Source of the DNA: a virus | Lineage: Duplodnaviria; Caudoviricetes | IMG/VR virus record: IMGVR_UViG_3300043748_000039 | Span: 7,899-71,898 of that record | Length of the DNA: 64,000 nt | Reading direction: 5' to 3' (one strand) | Shown here: positions 36,525 through 46,165 of the stretch, piece after piece | How positions within the stretch are numbered: position 1 is the stretch's first letter | Layout: each line of letters opens with the position of its first letter | The notes under the pieces: generated by a model | What the model saw: the letters and a program-made list of their open reading frames with translations, nothing else | What the model was told of the DNA's origin: nothing | Database searches by the model: none | Translations under genes and position numbers: made by a program

Positions 36525-36911
36525 ATGACCACCATCGCGGAAGCCCTCGGCATCACCTGGGAGCAACGGGCGCACGAAGAGAACCGTGCGCCGAAGTACC
36601 GGCTGACCTACCACGCGCAGAAGCAGGCCGCCGCCAAGGGTTGGTCCTGTCTCCAGGTCCTGGAGGCCGCGAACAACCCGCAGCACACCTACCCTTCGGG
36701 CCGCGTCCACGGCCAGTTCCGGCACGTACGGGGCAACATCGTCGCCATCGTGGACCCTGCCGCGAACCGAGTCGTGACCGTCTACAGGGACGTCGAGGAG
36801 ACCGACCTCCGTGCCGACCAGACGGACATGGACGCCCGCCTCTACTCCAGCCGCCGCACCACCCGTCTCGGGCAGCCGGTGCCTGTCGTGGTCGACGAGG
36901 TTACGTACTGA
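36525..36911 (+). CDS. DUF4258-like protein (RelE/BrnT-like fold)
   Basis: 'YRLTYHAQKQAAAKGW...VLEAANNP...IVAIVD...VVTVY'. Confidence 0.55.
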   Translation: MTTIAEALGITWEQRAHEENRAPKYRLTYHAQKQAAAKGWSCLQVLEAANNPQHTYPSGRVHGQFRHVRGNIVAIVDPAANRVVTVYRDVEETDLRADQTDMDARLYSSRRTTRLGQPVPVVVDEVTY

Positions 36912-36958
36912 GAAAGCCGTAATCTCGAATGGACAATCGAGAAGGCGTAATGTAGAGT
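36912..36958 (+). promoter_or_regulatory. promoter overlapped by 14-bp-period repeats
   Basis: TGGACA (36930-35)-N17-TAGAGT (36953-58); GAAAGCCGTAAT 36912-23 and GAAGGCGTAAT 36941-51 are 28 bp apart. Confidence 0.65.
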
Positions 36959-37007
36959 CGTTCCTGCTCACCCACCTACTACTCCGGCAGAAAGAGAGCC
37001 CAGCTCT

Positions 37008-37484
37008 ATGGCTACCGTGCAGAGACGAGCCACCCGCCGCGTCGAGCGGCCGATAAGCCTCGACCAGGCCGCGCCCTGGGAGAAGACGAGGCAGTTCCTG
37101 GCCCTGAAGTTCCAGGAAGCGGACATCGTCACCCGCAAGAACAAGTTGCGTGACGAGGTCTCCGCCCACGTGGACGCGACCGGCGAGGTCGACGAGAAGG
37201 GCAGCAAGTTCTGGAAGTTGGACCCGCCCATCGAGTTCAACGGCCAGAAGTTCACCGAGGTCAAGCGCGAGCGCCGCGTCTCCCAGTCCATCGACGAGGA
37301 GAAGGTCGAGGCCCTGGTCACCGCCAAGGGAATCCGAGACCGCGTCTTCAAGCAGGTCACCCAGGAGGTCCTGGACCAGGACGAGTTGTACGTCCTCAAC
37401 CAGGAGGGAGTCCTCAGCGACGAGGAACTCGACTCCCTCTGGGTCGAGACCGAGTCCTTCGCCTTCAAGCCCATCCGCGCCTGA
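37008..37484 (+). CDS. hypothetical protein
   Basis: 158 aa ORF, charged, good codon usage. Confidence 0.75.
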   Translation: MATVQRRATRRVERPISLDQAAPWEKTRQFLALKFQEADIVTRKNKLRDEVSAHVDATGEVDEKGSKFWKLDPPIEFNGQKFTEVKRERRVSQSIDEEKVEALVTAKGIRDRVFKQVTQEVLDQDELYVLNQEGVLSDEELDSLWVETESFAFKPIRA

Positions 37485-37500
37485 CGGGAGCACCCACCAC

Positions 37501-37971
37501 ATGAACAGCATCGCCAGCACCATCGACGAGCAGTTCGCCGCGATCGGTGAGCAGTACTACCCGGGATCGACGCGCCCCCTGGTACGTCACCCCAACCGGC
37601 TTAATACCGAGGCCGCCCCGTCGGCGGCCGACCCCGGAGCGTGGGACGCCAAGCCCCGCAAGGGCGTGGTGGGCGGTGTGGAGACCAACTTCTACACCGT
37701 CGGCGACCTCGCCAAGGCGTTGGGCCGTCAGCCGGTGACGATCCGCAAGTGGGAGCGCGAGGGGATCATCCCCAAGAGCGTCTACCAGTCCCCGGGCCGG
37801 GACGGAGATGTACGCGGCCGACGCCGCCTGTACACACGCGAGCAGGTCGAGGGCATGGCCCGCATCGCGGCCGAGGAAGGCGTCCTCGTCTCCCACCAGA
37901 AGCCCATCAAGGACACCCAGTTCACCCCGCGCGTCATCGATCTCTTCGAGCGGCTGGTGAACGCGGAGTGA
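37501..37971 (+). CDS. MerR-like helix-turn-helix DNA-binding protein
   Basis: ATG 37501; 'FYTVGDLAKALGRQPVTIRKWEREGIIPK...RRRLYTREQV'. Confidence 0.85.
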   Translation: MNSIASTIDEQFAAIGEQYYPGSTRPLVRHPNRLNTEAAPSAADPGAWDAKPRKGVVGGVETNFYTVGDLAKALGRQPVTIRKWEREGIIPKSVYQSPGRDGDVRGRRRLYTREQVEGMARIAAEEGVLVSHQKPIKDTQFTPRVIDLFERLVNAE

Positions 37972-38204
37972 GAGTCGTCAAGAGCCAGAAGCACCACGTC
38001 AGCATGGGCAACTTCGAGTGGGTCGAGTTCGGCTACGAGGTCGACATCTCCACCGAGGACTTCCCCAAGGCACGAACGCTCGACGACCTGGACAAGATCG
38101 CAACCGACCAGATCGAGAAGGCCCTCGCGGCCGACGTCGAGGAAGCCCGACTGAACACGGGCGAGTCCGCCTCGTACATCCATCTCTACCAGCAGGAGAA
38201 CTGA
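37968..38204 (+). CDS. hypothetical protein (78 aa)
   Basis: GTG overlaps upstream TGA; 3' part of track ORF 37641. Confidence 0.65.
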   Translation: MRVVKSQKHHVSMGNFEWVEFGYEVDISTEDFPKARTLDDLDKIATDQIEKALAADVEEARLNTGESASYIHLYQQEN

Positions 38205-39023
38205 ATGCCCCGCACCCTGACCCGCCGCCGCACCTCCCGCGACACCGAGGCGTACTCCCCGGCCGACGAGCCGGAGGAGGAGAAGGGCTACGAGGAGGAA
38301 GAGGACGAGCGTCCGACCCGTGGCTCCCGCCGTGGCTCGCGTCGCCAGTCCCTTAATACCGAGGAGGCCGACACCTCCTCCCGCCGCTCGCGCCGAGCCT
38401 CCCGAGACGAGGAGGACGACGAGGGCGACGAGCCCGCGCCGAAGGTCGGCGGCCGTGGCTGGGGGTCGTACGAGAAGACCAAGCAGGCCAACAGCGGCTT
38501 CCCGGACAACTTCAAGGCGACCAACGAGTCCGTGATCGTGAAGTTCCTGGACGACGAGCCGTTCCTGGTCTTCCTCCAGCACTGGATCGAGCGCTCCGGC
38601 AAGAAGTCCTTCACCTGCCTGGAGGTGAAGTGCCCGCTGTGCGACGACGCAGGTGACAAGCCGTCCCAGCAGATCTCGTTCAACGTCATCGACTTCACCG
38701 ACCCCGACGACCCGCAGATCAAGGTCTGGCAGGTCGGCCCGATGGTCGCGGACATCCTGAAGAACTACTCCAAGGACAAGAAGACCGCCCCGATCAACCG
38801 GGACGACCTGTACTTCAGCGTCCGCAAGGAGACCAAGAACAAGAAGACCAACTACTACGTCACGCCGGTCAAGGAGCGCGACCTCCTCGACGACTGGGAC
38901 ATCGAGCCCCTGGACGACGACGCCCTGGAGGAGTTCGACGCCAAGGCGTACGACGAGGGCATCCTCCAGGTCACCCGCCGCAACGAACTCAAGGGCATCG
39001 TCCGCGAGATTCTGAACGACTGA
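38205..39023 (+). CDS. single-stranded DNA-binding protein (T4 gp32-like)
   Basis: 'IVKFLDDEPF..FLQHW', 'FTCLEVKCPLC', 'FNVID..KVWQVG'; acidic/basic disordered N-terminus. Confidence 0.65.
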   Translation: MPRTLTRRRTSRDTEAYSPADEPEEEKGYEEEEDERPTRGSRRGSRRQSLNTEEADTSSRRSRRASRDEEDDEGDEPAPKVGGRGWGSYEKTKQANSGFPDNFKATNESVIVKFLDDEPFLVFLQHWIERSGKKSFTCLEVKCPLCDDAGDKPSQQISFNVIDFTDPDDPQIKVWQVGPMVADILKNYSKDKKTAPINRDDLYFSVRKETKNKKTNYYVTPVKERDLLDDWDIEPLDDDALEEFDAKAYDEGILQVTRRNELKGIVREILND

Positions 39024-39108
39024 TCGGCCTCCCACGGGGAGGTTCCGGCGCCGAGCTGGTGCTGGGGCCTCCCCTCAGCTTTCCCATCCACCACCACAGG
39101 AGGCCGCC

Positions 39109-39354
39109 GTGGTCACCACCCGCATCCACATCAACCAGCACCACATCAAGGCGAACAGGAAGGCCGGGCCCGAGGACGAGCCCCTGCCGGTCATCACGGC
39201 CAAGGACTACCAGCAGAACCGCAAGGGCAACCACGTCCAGATCCTCGACGAGGCCGGACGCGTCATCGCCCAGGTCGTCTACCGCCCCGACAAGCCGCTC
39301 GACTGCGGCGCCCACGTCTGGATCGAAACCACCCACGAGGTCGTCGTCCGATGA
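39109..39354 (+). CDS. hypothetical protein
   Basis: 81 aa, RBS AGGAGG; 'IHINQHHIKAN...PLDCGAHVWIET'. Confidence 0.75.
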   Translation: MVTTRIHINQHHIKANRKAGPEDEPLPVITAKDYQQNRKGNHVQILDEAGRVIAQVVYRPDKPLDCGAHVWIETTHEVVVR

Positions 39355-41330
39355 AGATCCGCAACAGCGTCATCCTCACCCCTGACCGGCTTAATACCGT
39401 GGTCGAGCGCTTCATGGAGCGCCCGGCCTTCTCCTTCGACATCGAGACCTTCGGCGACCGCCGGAACGTCCCGACGCAGAACGTCGCCAACTGGCTCTCC
39501 CTGGCCACCGACGGCATGGCCTACGCCATCCCCTTCGGCCACCCCAACGGCGACGTCCTGCTGAGCAAGGCCACCCGCAAGAAGAACCGGATCACCGGCA
39601 AGTTCGACGCCATCCCGGCCGTCTACGACGCACCGCCGGAGCAGATGCTCCCCAGCGAGGTGTTCTCCATCCTCAAGCCCCTGTTCTTCGCCGAGGACAA
39701 GATCAAGATCGCGCACAACGCGACCTTCGACCTGATCAGCACGGCGAAGTACTGGGGCGAGATCGCACCGCCGGAGTACAGCGACACCATCGTGCTCCAG
39801 TGGCTGCTCGACGAGAACCTGAAGCAAAAGGGCTTGAAGGAGTTGATCAAGCGCTACTACAAGGTCGACTACGACACCGAGAACGTCGGCAAGTGCGTCG
39901 AGGCCCACCCCTTCAGCAAGGTCGCGCACTACGCGTACATGGACGCGAAGTACACGTGGCTGCTCTGGAAGCGCTATCAGCAGCGGATGCTGGACGAGAA
40001 CCTGACCCACGTCCGACGGCTGGAGGAAGACGTCCTGGGTGTGCTGCTCGACATGGGCATCACCGGGGCGCCGGTCGACGAGGACGCGATGCGCGAGCTG
40101 GTCACGGACATGTCCGCCCGGCTGGTCGACATCGAGGCCGACATCTACCGCGCCGCAGGCAAGCAGTTCAACCTCAACGCCCCGGCGCAGAAGGCCGAGG
40201 TGCTGTACGCCCCGAAGAGCGAGGGCGGCCAGGGCCTCAAGCCGATGAAGCCGACCGACGGCGGGAAGAAGAAGCGGGACGCGGGCCAGGAGCTGGAGTG
40301 GAAGGACTACAGCACCGACTCCGACAGCCTGGAGAAGCACGAGAACAACGCGGTCGTCAAGAAGCTGCTGGAGTACGCGGAAGTCAGCAAGCTGCTCGAC
40401 TACCCCATCGCGTACCTCGGTGTGGAGGGCGACCCGAAGAAGCCATGCCGCATCTTTGACGGGCGGATTCACGCGGACTTCGTCCAGTACGGAACGGTGA
40501 CCGGCCGGTTCTCCTGCCGCGAACCAAACTTGCAGAACATCCCCCGGCCCGACACTGAACTCGGTAAGCGGATCCGTGGCCTGTTCGTCGCGCCGCCCGG
40601 CTACAAGCTGGTCGTCGCGGACTACGGCCAGATCGAACTCGTGGTGCTCGCGCACTTCATCGGTCGTGGTGACCTCTACAAGGGGTTCCACAACGGAGTC
40701 GACCCGCACTCGGCGACGGCCGCCGCGCTCATGGGTGTGGACCCGCAGGAGTTCATGCGGCGGGTCAAGGAAGGCGACCGCACCTGCATCGACTTCCGCC
40801 AGGTCGCAAAGGGCATCAACTTCGCCGTCGTGTACGGCGCTGGCCCGGACAAGGTCGCATCCATGGCGGGCATCACCGTCAAGGAAGCCAAGCGCTTCAT
40901 GGAGATGCACCAGAAGATGTTCCCGGAGGTCTACGCCTTCAAGGAGCAGGTCATACGGGTCTGCCGGTCGCGGCGCCCTCCGCACATCCGTACGCTGCTC
41001 GGCCGCAAGCGGCGCCTGCCGCTCATCCTCAGCCAGAACCACGGCCTGCGGATGGGTGCCGAGCGTCAGGCGGTGAACTCCCTGATCCAGGGGAGCGCGG
41101 CCGACCTGATCAAGTTGGCGATGATCCGGCTGAACAACACCCTGCCGGACGACATCCGCCTGATCCTCTCCGTGCACGACGAGGTCGTGGTGCTCGCGCC
41201 GGAGGACCGGGCCGAGGAAGCCGCCGCGCTGGTGAAGGAAGCCATGCTCGGCGAAGGAATCCAGAAACTGCTTCGCGTCCCGCTCTCGTCGGACGTGAAA
41301 ATCGTGGACCGCTGGTCGGAGGCAAAGTAA
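39351..41330 (+). CDS. polA: DNA polymerase family A with 3'-5' exonuclease
   Basis: Exo 'FDIET', 'HNATFD', 'YAYMDA'; motif A 'ADYGQIE', motif B 'RQVAKGINFAVVYG', motif C 'VHDE'. Confidence 0.95.
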   Translation: MKIRNSVILTPDRLNTVVERFMERPAFSFDIETFGDRRNVPTQNVANWLSLATDGMAYAIPFGHPNGDVLLSKATRKKNRITGKFDAIPAVYDAPPEQMLPSEVFSILKPLFFAEDKIKIAHNATFDLISTAKYWGEIAPPEYSDTIVLQWLLDENLKQKGLKELIKRYYKVDYDTENVGKCVEAHPFSKVAHYAYMDAKYTWLLWKRYQQRMLDENLTHVRRLEEDVLGVLLDMGITGAPVDEDAMRELVTDMSARLVDIEADIYRAAGKQFNLNAPAQKAEVLYAPKSEGGQGLKPMKPTDGGKKKRDAGQELEWKDYSTDSDSLEKHENNAVVKKLLEYAEVSKLLDYPIAYLGVEGDPKKPCRIFDGRIHADFVQYGTVTGRFSCREPNLQNIPRPDTELGKRIRGLFVAPPGYKLVVADYGQIELVVLAHFIGRGDLYKGFHNGVDPHSATAAALMGVDPQEFMRRVKEGDRTCIDFRQVAKGINFAVVYGAGPDKVASMAGITVKEAKRFMEMHQKMFPEVYAFKEQVIRVCRSRRPPHIRTLLGRKRRLPLILSQNHGLRMGAERQAVNSLIQGSAADLIKLAMIRLNNTLPDDIRLILSVHDEVVVLAPEDRAEEAAALVKEAMLGEGIQKLLRVPLSSDVKIVDRWSEAK

Positions 41331-41786
41331 ATGGGAATCTTCAGCAGGAAGAACCGGGACGACGACAGTCTCGACGGGCTTAATACCGAGGAGGACGGCC
41401 CCCAGGTCGACCTCTACACCCCGCAGATGCTGACCAAGCGACTGGCCTGGGACATCGTCCCGTGCGCCGAGGTCGAGGCGCTGCTCCCGCTCATGGGACT
41501 CACCCCCGACAGCCCCGACGTCTCCGAAATGGAGCACAAGGCGAGCCACGAGCGGATAGACCAACTCGCACCGCTGAGGGAAATGCTAGCGCTGCTCATC
41601 CCGCTAGTTTCTGGCATTACTGCCTCGGCTATGCTGGTTAACTCCGGAAATTCGGCGGACGAAGAAACCGCAGCAGTTCTCCAGCGGCACCATTCCGTAG
41701 TCGTCCGCGCCGGAGTGGTGGCGATCCTCGCCAATCTCCTCGACATGGGAATCATCAGTTACTCGGACGGAGTGCAGTTCAGGTGA
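41331..41786 (+). CDS. hypothetical protein
   Basis: 151 aa ORF abutting polA. Confidence 0.7.
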   Translation: MGIFSRKNRDDDSLDGLNTEEDGPQVDLYTPQMLTKRLAWDIVPCAEVEALLPLMGLTPDSPDVSEMEHKASHERIDQLAPLREMLALLIPLVSGITASAMLVNSGNSADEETAAVLQRHHSVVVRAGVVAILANLLDMGIISYSDGVQFR

Positions 41787-42232
41787 GCAACTTCTGGGCT
41801 AACAAACTGGGGGCGGCCCGACCGGCCGCCCCGGCCCCCACCCCGGCGCCGCAGCAGCAGCCCGGGGGTCCGTGGTGGGCCGCTCCGGCGCCTCAGCAGC
41901 AGCCCTACCCCCCGCAGCAGCCGGTCCAGCAGACAGTGCCACTTAATACCGAGGGCCGTGCACCGGCCCGAGCCATGGTGGCCAAGCAGGACACGCACTG
42001 CCCGGACTGCGGAGGCTCGAACTACTTCCGGCCGGTGGGCATGACGAACGCCATGGCGCAGTGCTACGAGTGCGGCTACAACCCGCGATTCCAGCAGACC
42101 ACCGCTGGCCTGCCGTCCGGCAGTGGAGGAGACGGACCCGCCACCCCCGCCAAGCAGATCGCCAGCGGCGGCCTGGGCGGTCGGAGCAACTACAACCCCG
42201 GCGCGATCATCAAGGCCGACGGCACGGTCTGA
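41783..42232 (+). CDS. zinc-ribbon protein with P/Q-rich N-terminus
   Basis: 'CPDCGGSNYF...CYECGY'. Confidence 0.7.
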   Translation: MSNFWANKLGAARPAAPAPTPAPQQQPGGPWWAAPAPQQQPYPPQQPVQQTVPLNTEGRAPARAMVAKQDTHCPDCGGSNYFRPVGMTNAMAQCYECGYNPRFQQTTAGLPSGSGGDGPATPAKQIASGGLGGRSNYNPGAIIKADGTV

Positions 42233-42279
42233 GCGCCCCTCCTCGTAAACCGCACACACTTCCCTAGAAGAGGCTTGCC

Positions 42280-43914
42280 TTGACCTCCCTTTCCCTCCCC
42301 TCCGACGACACCTTTTCCCCCTTCGCCGAGACGATCTACAAGCAGAAGTACGCCCAGCCCGGCGAGGAGTGGCGCGACACCGCCCGCCGCGTGGTCGAGA
42401 CCGTCATGAAGCCCTACTTCCCGGAACTCGTGGAAGAGATGGCCGACGCCGTCGCGACCCGCAAGTTCATGCCGGGCGGCCGGTACCTGTACGCCACCGG
42501 CAAGAGATTCCACCAGACGCAGAACTGCCTCCTGCTGAAGGTGGAGGACTCCCGCGAGTCCATCTCCGACCTCCTGGAGCGTGTCGCCTCCGGCCTGATG
42601 ACCGGCGCCGGTATCGGCATCGTGTGGTCCGCCCTGCGGCCCAATGGCGCCAAGGTGGAGGGCATGGGCGGCACGTCCACCGGTCCCATCGCCTTCATGC
42701 AGATGGTCAACGAGGTCGGCCGCCACATCATGCAGGGCGGGGCCCGCCGCTCCGCCATCTGGGCGGGCCTGCACTGGAACCACCCCGACGTCTTCGACTT
42801 CATCCGTCTCAAGGACTGGTCCGAGGACATCAAGGCGGCCAAGGAGAAGGACTTCAACGCCTACGCCCCGATGGACGGCACCAACATCTCCGTCATCCTC
42901 GACGACGACTTCTTTGCGGCCTACGAGGACCCCGCCAGCGAGATGCACGACTGGGCCCACAAGGTCTACTGGGAGGTCGTCGAGCACATGCTCACCACGG
43001 CCGAGCCCGGCTTCTCCATCGACGTCGGCGAGAACGCGGGCGAGCACCTGCGCAACGCCTGCACCGAGGTCACCTCCTCCGACGACAACGACATCTGCAA
43101 CCTCGGCTCGATCAACCTCGCCCGGCTTAATACCAAGGAGGAGTTTGCGCGCCTGGTGGAACTGGGCACCGCGTTCCTCCTCGCCGGTACCTGCTACTCC
43201 CTGGTCCCCTTCGAGGGCGTCGCCAAGACCCGCGCGAAGAACCGTCGCCTGGGCCTGGGCCTTATGGGCATCTACGAGTGGCTGGTCGCTCGCGGCTACC
43301 GCTACGAGCAGAACGACGAACTCGCCTCGTGGCTGGACGAGTACGCCAAGTCCACGGAGATCGCCGCCCGCTACGCGGCCCGGATCGGTGTCTCGGCCCC
43401 GGTGAAGACCCGAGCCATCGCCCCGACCGGCACCATCGGCATCCTCGCGGAGACCACGACCGGCATCGAGCCGCTGTTCGCAGTCGCGTTCAAGCGCCGG
43501 TACCTCAAGGGCAAGGAGTGGCACTTCCAGTACGTGGTGGACGCCACCGCGCGCCGCCTGGTCGAGAAGTACAACCTGGACGCCGACGATATCGAGACCG
43601 CCTACGACCTGGCCCGCGACCCGGAGCGGCGCATCGCCTTCCAGGCTTGGGTACAGAAGTGGGTCGACCACGGCATCTCCAGCACGCTCAACCTCCCGTC
43701 CGTGGGCGAGCAGCAGTTCACCCACAAGGAGTTCGGCGAGATGCTGTACGGCTACCTGCCGGACCTGCGCGGTGTGACCGCGTACCCGGACGGCTCCCGT
43801 GGCGGCCAGCCGCTGACCGTCGTGCCGTTCTGGGAGGCCGACGGAGCCGAGGGCATCGAGTACGAGGAGATCGGCGGGGAGAACGCCTGCGTCGGCGGAG
43901 TCTGCGGCGTCTGA
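42280..43914 (+). CDS. nrdJ: class II (B12-dependent) ribonucleotide reductase
   Basis: 'FMPGGRYL', 'TQNCLL', 'RRSA', 'RNACTE', 'CNLGSINL', 'IAPTGT', 'ISSTLNLP', C-terminal 'CVGGVCGV'; no small-subunit gene nearby. Confidence 0.88.
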   Translation: MTSLSLPSDDTFSPFAETIYKQKYAQPGEEWRDTARRVVETVMKPYFPELVEEMADAVATRKFMPGGRYLYATGKRFHQTQNCLLLKVEDSRESISDLLERVASGLMTGAGIGIVWSALRPNGAKVEGMGGTSTGPIAFMQMVNEVGRHIMQGGARRSAIWAGLHWNHPDVFDFIRLKDWSEDIKAAKEKDFNAYAPMDGTNISVILDDDFFAAYEDPASEMHDWAHKVYWEVVEHMLTTAEPGFSIDVGENAGEHLRNACTEVTSSDDNDICNLGSINLARLNTKEEFARLVELGTAFLLAGTCYSLVPFEGVAKTRAKNRRLGLGLMGIYEWLVARGYRYEQNDELASWLDEYAKSTEIAARYAARIGVSAPVKTRAIAPTGTIGILAETTTGIEPLFAVAFKRRYLKGKEWHFQYVVDATARRLVEKYNLDADDIETAYDLARDPERRIAFQAWVQKWVDHGISSTLNLPSVGEQQFTHKEFGEMLYGYLPDLRGVTAYPDGSRGGQPLTVVPFWEADGAEGIEYEEIGGENACVGGVCGV

Positions 43915-43984
43915 CCTCCCGAAATTCCTCAAAAGATCTTGCTCTGACTAGTTGATACATCGCTGGACCGGTAGTCCCTCACCG

Positions 43985-44034
43985 ATTACGGTATGGGGAC
44001 TACCGGTTCCGCATTACGGCATCACGATTACGGG
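43985..44034. promoter_or_regulatory. 14-bp-period ATTACGG repeat array upstream of recA
   Basis: ATTACGG at 43985, 44013 and 44027 (spacings 28 and 14). Confidence 0.6.
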
Positions 44035-44054
44035 ATTAGGAGCACACCACACAC

Positions 44055-45257
44055 ATGCCACTTAATACCTGCGCGAGCGGCCCCGACAAGGAAGCCCTCG
44101 CGCTCATCGCAAAGATCAACAAGGAGCACCCAGGCGCCGTCTGCTTCGCCTCGGAGATGCGCATCCCCAAGCGGTTCACCTCCGGCTCCCTGTCCCTGGA
44201 CATCGCCCTCGGCGGTGGCTGGCCGGGCAACCAGTGGGTCGAGGTCATCGGCCGCGAGTCCCACGGCAAGACCGCCATCGTCTACAAGACCCTCGCCGCC
44301 AACCAGAAGCGCGACCCCAACTTCACCTGCCTGTGGATCGCCGCCGAGCACTACGACGTCGACCAGGCCGCCGCCCTCGGCGTGGACAACGAACGCGTCC
44401 TGGTCGTCCCCACCCAGGCCATGGAGTTCGCCTACCAGACGATGCTCGACTTCGCCCAGTCCCGATCCGTCGACATGATCGTCCTCGACTCCTATCCGGC
44501 GTTGATCGCGGACGAGGAGAGCGAGAAGGACATGGACGAGGCCGTCATGGCGCTCGGTGCCCGCCTCACCGGCAAGTTTTTCCGCAAGAGCGGGGCGGCC
44601 ACCAAGCGATCCATGACGGACCCCGACGACAGGCCGCTGTTGGGGATCGTCATCAATCAGTACAGGGATGCCATCGGCAAGTTCTCTCCGCACGGCACGC
44701 CGACCACGACCCCGGGAGGCAACGCGAAGAACTATGCGTTCTACACCCGTGTCGAGGTCCGGCGCGACGAGTGGATCCAGGAGTCCCGGCCGGGCAAGGG
44801 CAAGGTCAACGTCGGCCAGGTCATCAAGGTCAAGACGATCAAGAACAAGTCGGCCGCCCCGCAGCAGACCGCGACCGTCGACTTCTACTTCCGCTCCGCC
44901 CCGTTCCTGAACTTCGCTCGCGGTGACTACGACACCGTGAAGGAGATCATGATCATGGGGATCCTTTTCGACGTCATCCAGCGCAAGGGCGCCTACTTCC
45001 AGATCGAGAACGGCGAGTTCGACGACAAGGGCAAGCCGGTCCTGCGCTGGCAGGGCAAGGACCCCATGCTCGACGCCATCCGGCAGGACCTGGACCTCCA
45101 GGAGTCCCTGTACGAGAAGATCCTGGTCGCCTCCAAGAAGGTCGACGAGCGGTCCATCTCCGAAGAGGACCTGGAGGCTGCCGAGTCGGCCGGTACCAAG
45201 AAGGTCAGCCGACGGCCCAAGCCGGAGGACGAGGCGCTTAATACCGAGGCCGCCTGA
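44055..45257 (+). CDS. recA: RecA-like recombinase
   Basis: 'TSGSLSLDIALGGGWP', 'GRESHGKT', 'IVLDSYPAL', 'INQYR', 'TPGGNAKNY', 'KNK'. Confidence 0.93.
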   Translation: MPLNTCASGPDKEALALIAKINKEHPGAVCFASEMRIPKRFTSGSLSLDIALGGGWPGNQWVEVIGRESHGKTAIVYKTLAANQKRDPNFTCLWIAAEHYDVDQAAALGVDNERVLVVPTQAMEFAYQTMLDFAQSRSVDMIVLDSYPALIADEESEKDMDEAVMALGARLTGKFFRKSGAATKRSMTDPDDRPLLGIVINQYRDAIGKFSPHGTPTTTPGGNAKNYAFYTRVEVRRDEWIQESRPGKGKVNVGQVIKVKTIKNKSAAPQQTATVDFYFRSAPFLNFARGDYDTVKEIMIMGILFDVIQRKGAYFQIENGEFDDKGKPVLRWQGKDPMLDAIRQDLDLQESLYEKILVASKKVDERSISEEDLEAAESAGTKKVSRRPKPEDEALNTEAA

Positions 45258-45469
45258 TGGTGGCCCTGCTCTCACTCCTCCTGGCCTTCGCGGCCGTCTA
45301 CATCGTGGTCCTCGGCGTCCGGTACTCCCGGCGCCAGGGCCGCGCCCACCGCAAGTTCCTCATCCTCGCCAACCTCCTGGAGAAGTCCTATGGCGGACAT
45401 GCTGAAGAAGTCCCAGAAGCAGGAGCGGCGGGGAGCGGAACTCCTCGGCGGGACGGTGAACGCGGGTAG
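45257..45469 (+). CDS. small membrane protein
   Basis: N-terminal TM segment; ATG overlaps recA stop; overlaps next gene by 80 nt. Confidence 0.4.
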   Translation: MVALLSLLLAFAAVYIVVLGVRYSRRQGRAHRKFLILANLLEKSYGGHAEEVPEAGAAGSGTPRRDGERG

Positions 45470-45734
45470 CGGAAACGGCTGGGTCCGGAAGAACGACGTA
45501 CGGACCCCCGAGTACTCCGTCGAATACAAGGTCACCGGCAAGAAGCAGTACGCCCTCAAAGACGCCGAACTCCAGACCGCAGAGAAACAGGCCCTCCTCG
45601 ACGGCAGGGAAATGCTCTTCGGGATCCAGATGGACAGCGGAAGGAACTGGATCGTGATGTCCGAGGAGACCTTCCTCACGCTTAATACCAAGGCGTTCCC
45701 GGACGCCGACCCGGACGGGGTGCTGTCGTGGTAA
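45390..45734 (+). CDS. PD-(D/E)XK Holliday-junction-resolvase-like nuclease
   Basis: 'SQKQE...SG...KNDV...VEYKVT'. Confidence 0.65.
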   Translation: MADMLKKSQKQERRGAELLGGTVNAGSGNGWVRKNDVRTPEYSVEYKVTGKKQYALKDAELQTAEKQALLDGREMLFGIQMDSGRNWIVMSEETFLTLNTKAFPDADPDGVLSW

Positions 45735-46165
45735 TGCACCTGCGTCTCAACGCACCTGAATGGGACGGCGGGGGAAACCCGGACAAGGAAGCCGCTTGCC
45801 GGAAGTTCCGCCCAACGAGAGAGCACGACGACTTCTTCGGTGACGGGACCGGGGAGGAATCCGAAGCCAAGCACATCTGCAACGGCACCTATACCGGCAG
45901 GGTCTGTCCGCTGCGTGAACAGTGTCTGCAATTCGCTCTGGTCAACAACGAGCACTACGGAGTCTGGGGCGGCCTGACCGTCCTGGAGCGGGCCTACATC
46001 AGGAGGTTCGTCCCCAAGAACGAATGGAGTTACGACCGTGCCCCGAGCCGGGAGGACATCGAAGCCGTCTGGCCAGACCGGCTCCCGCCGGAAGACGACG
46101 AAGCCGACCGGGAAGATGGCGGAACTGGCAGCGACGAAGAAGAACAACTCGCTGCTGCTGGGTGA
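45728..46165 (+). CDS. whiB: WhiB-family Fe-S transcription factor
   Basis: Four Cys 'AAC...HIC...CPLREQC' and 'GVWGGLT..ER'. Confidence 0.88.
   Translation: MVMHLRLNAPEWDGGGNPDKEAACRKFRPTREHDDFFGDGTGEESEAKHICNGTYTGRVCPLREQCLQFALVNNEHYGVWGGLTVLERAYIRRFVPKNEWSYDRAPSREDIEAVWPDRLPPEDDEADREDGGTGSDEEEQLAAAG

Noticed and set aside
39024-39085. Possible terminator after the SSB gene
   Set aside because: Only weak, alternative stems and no clear U-tract.
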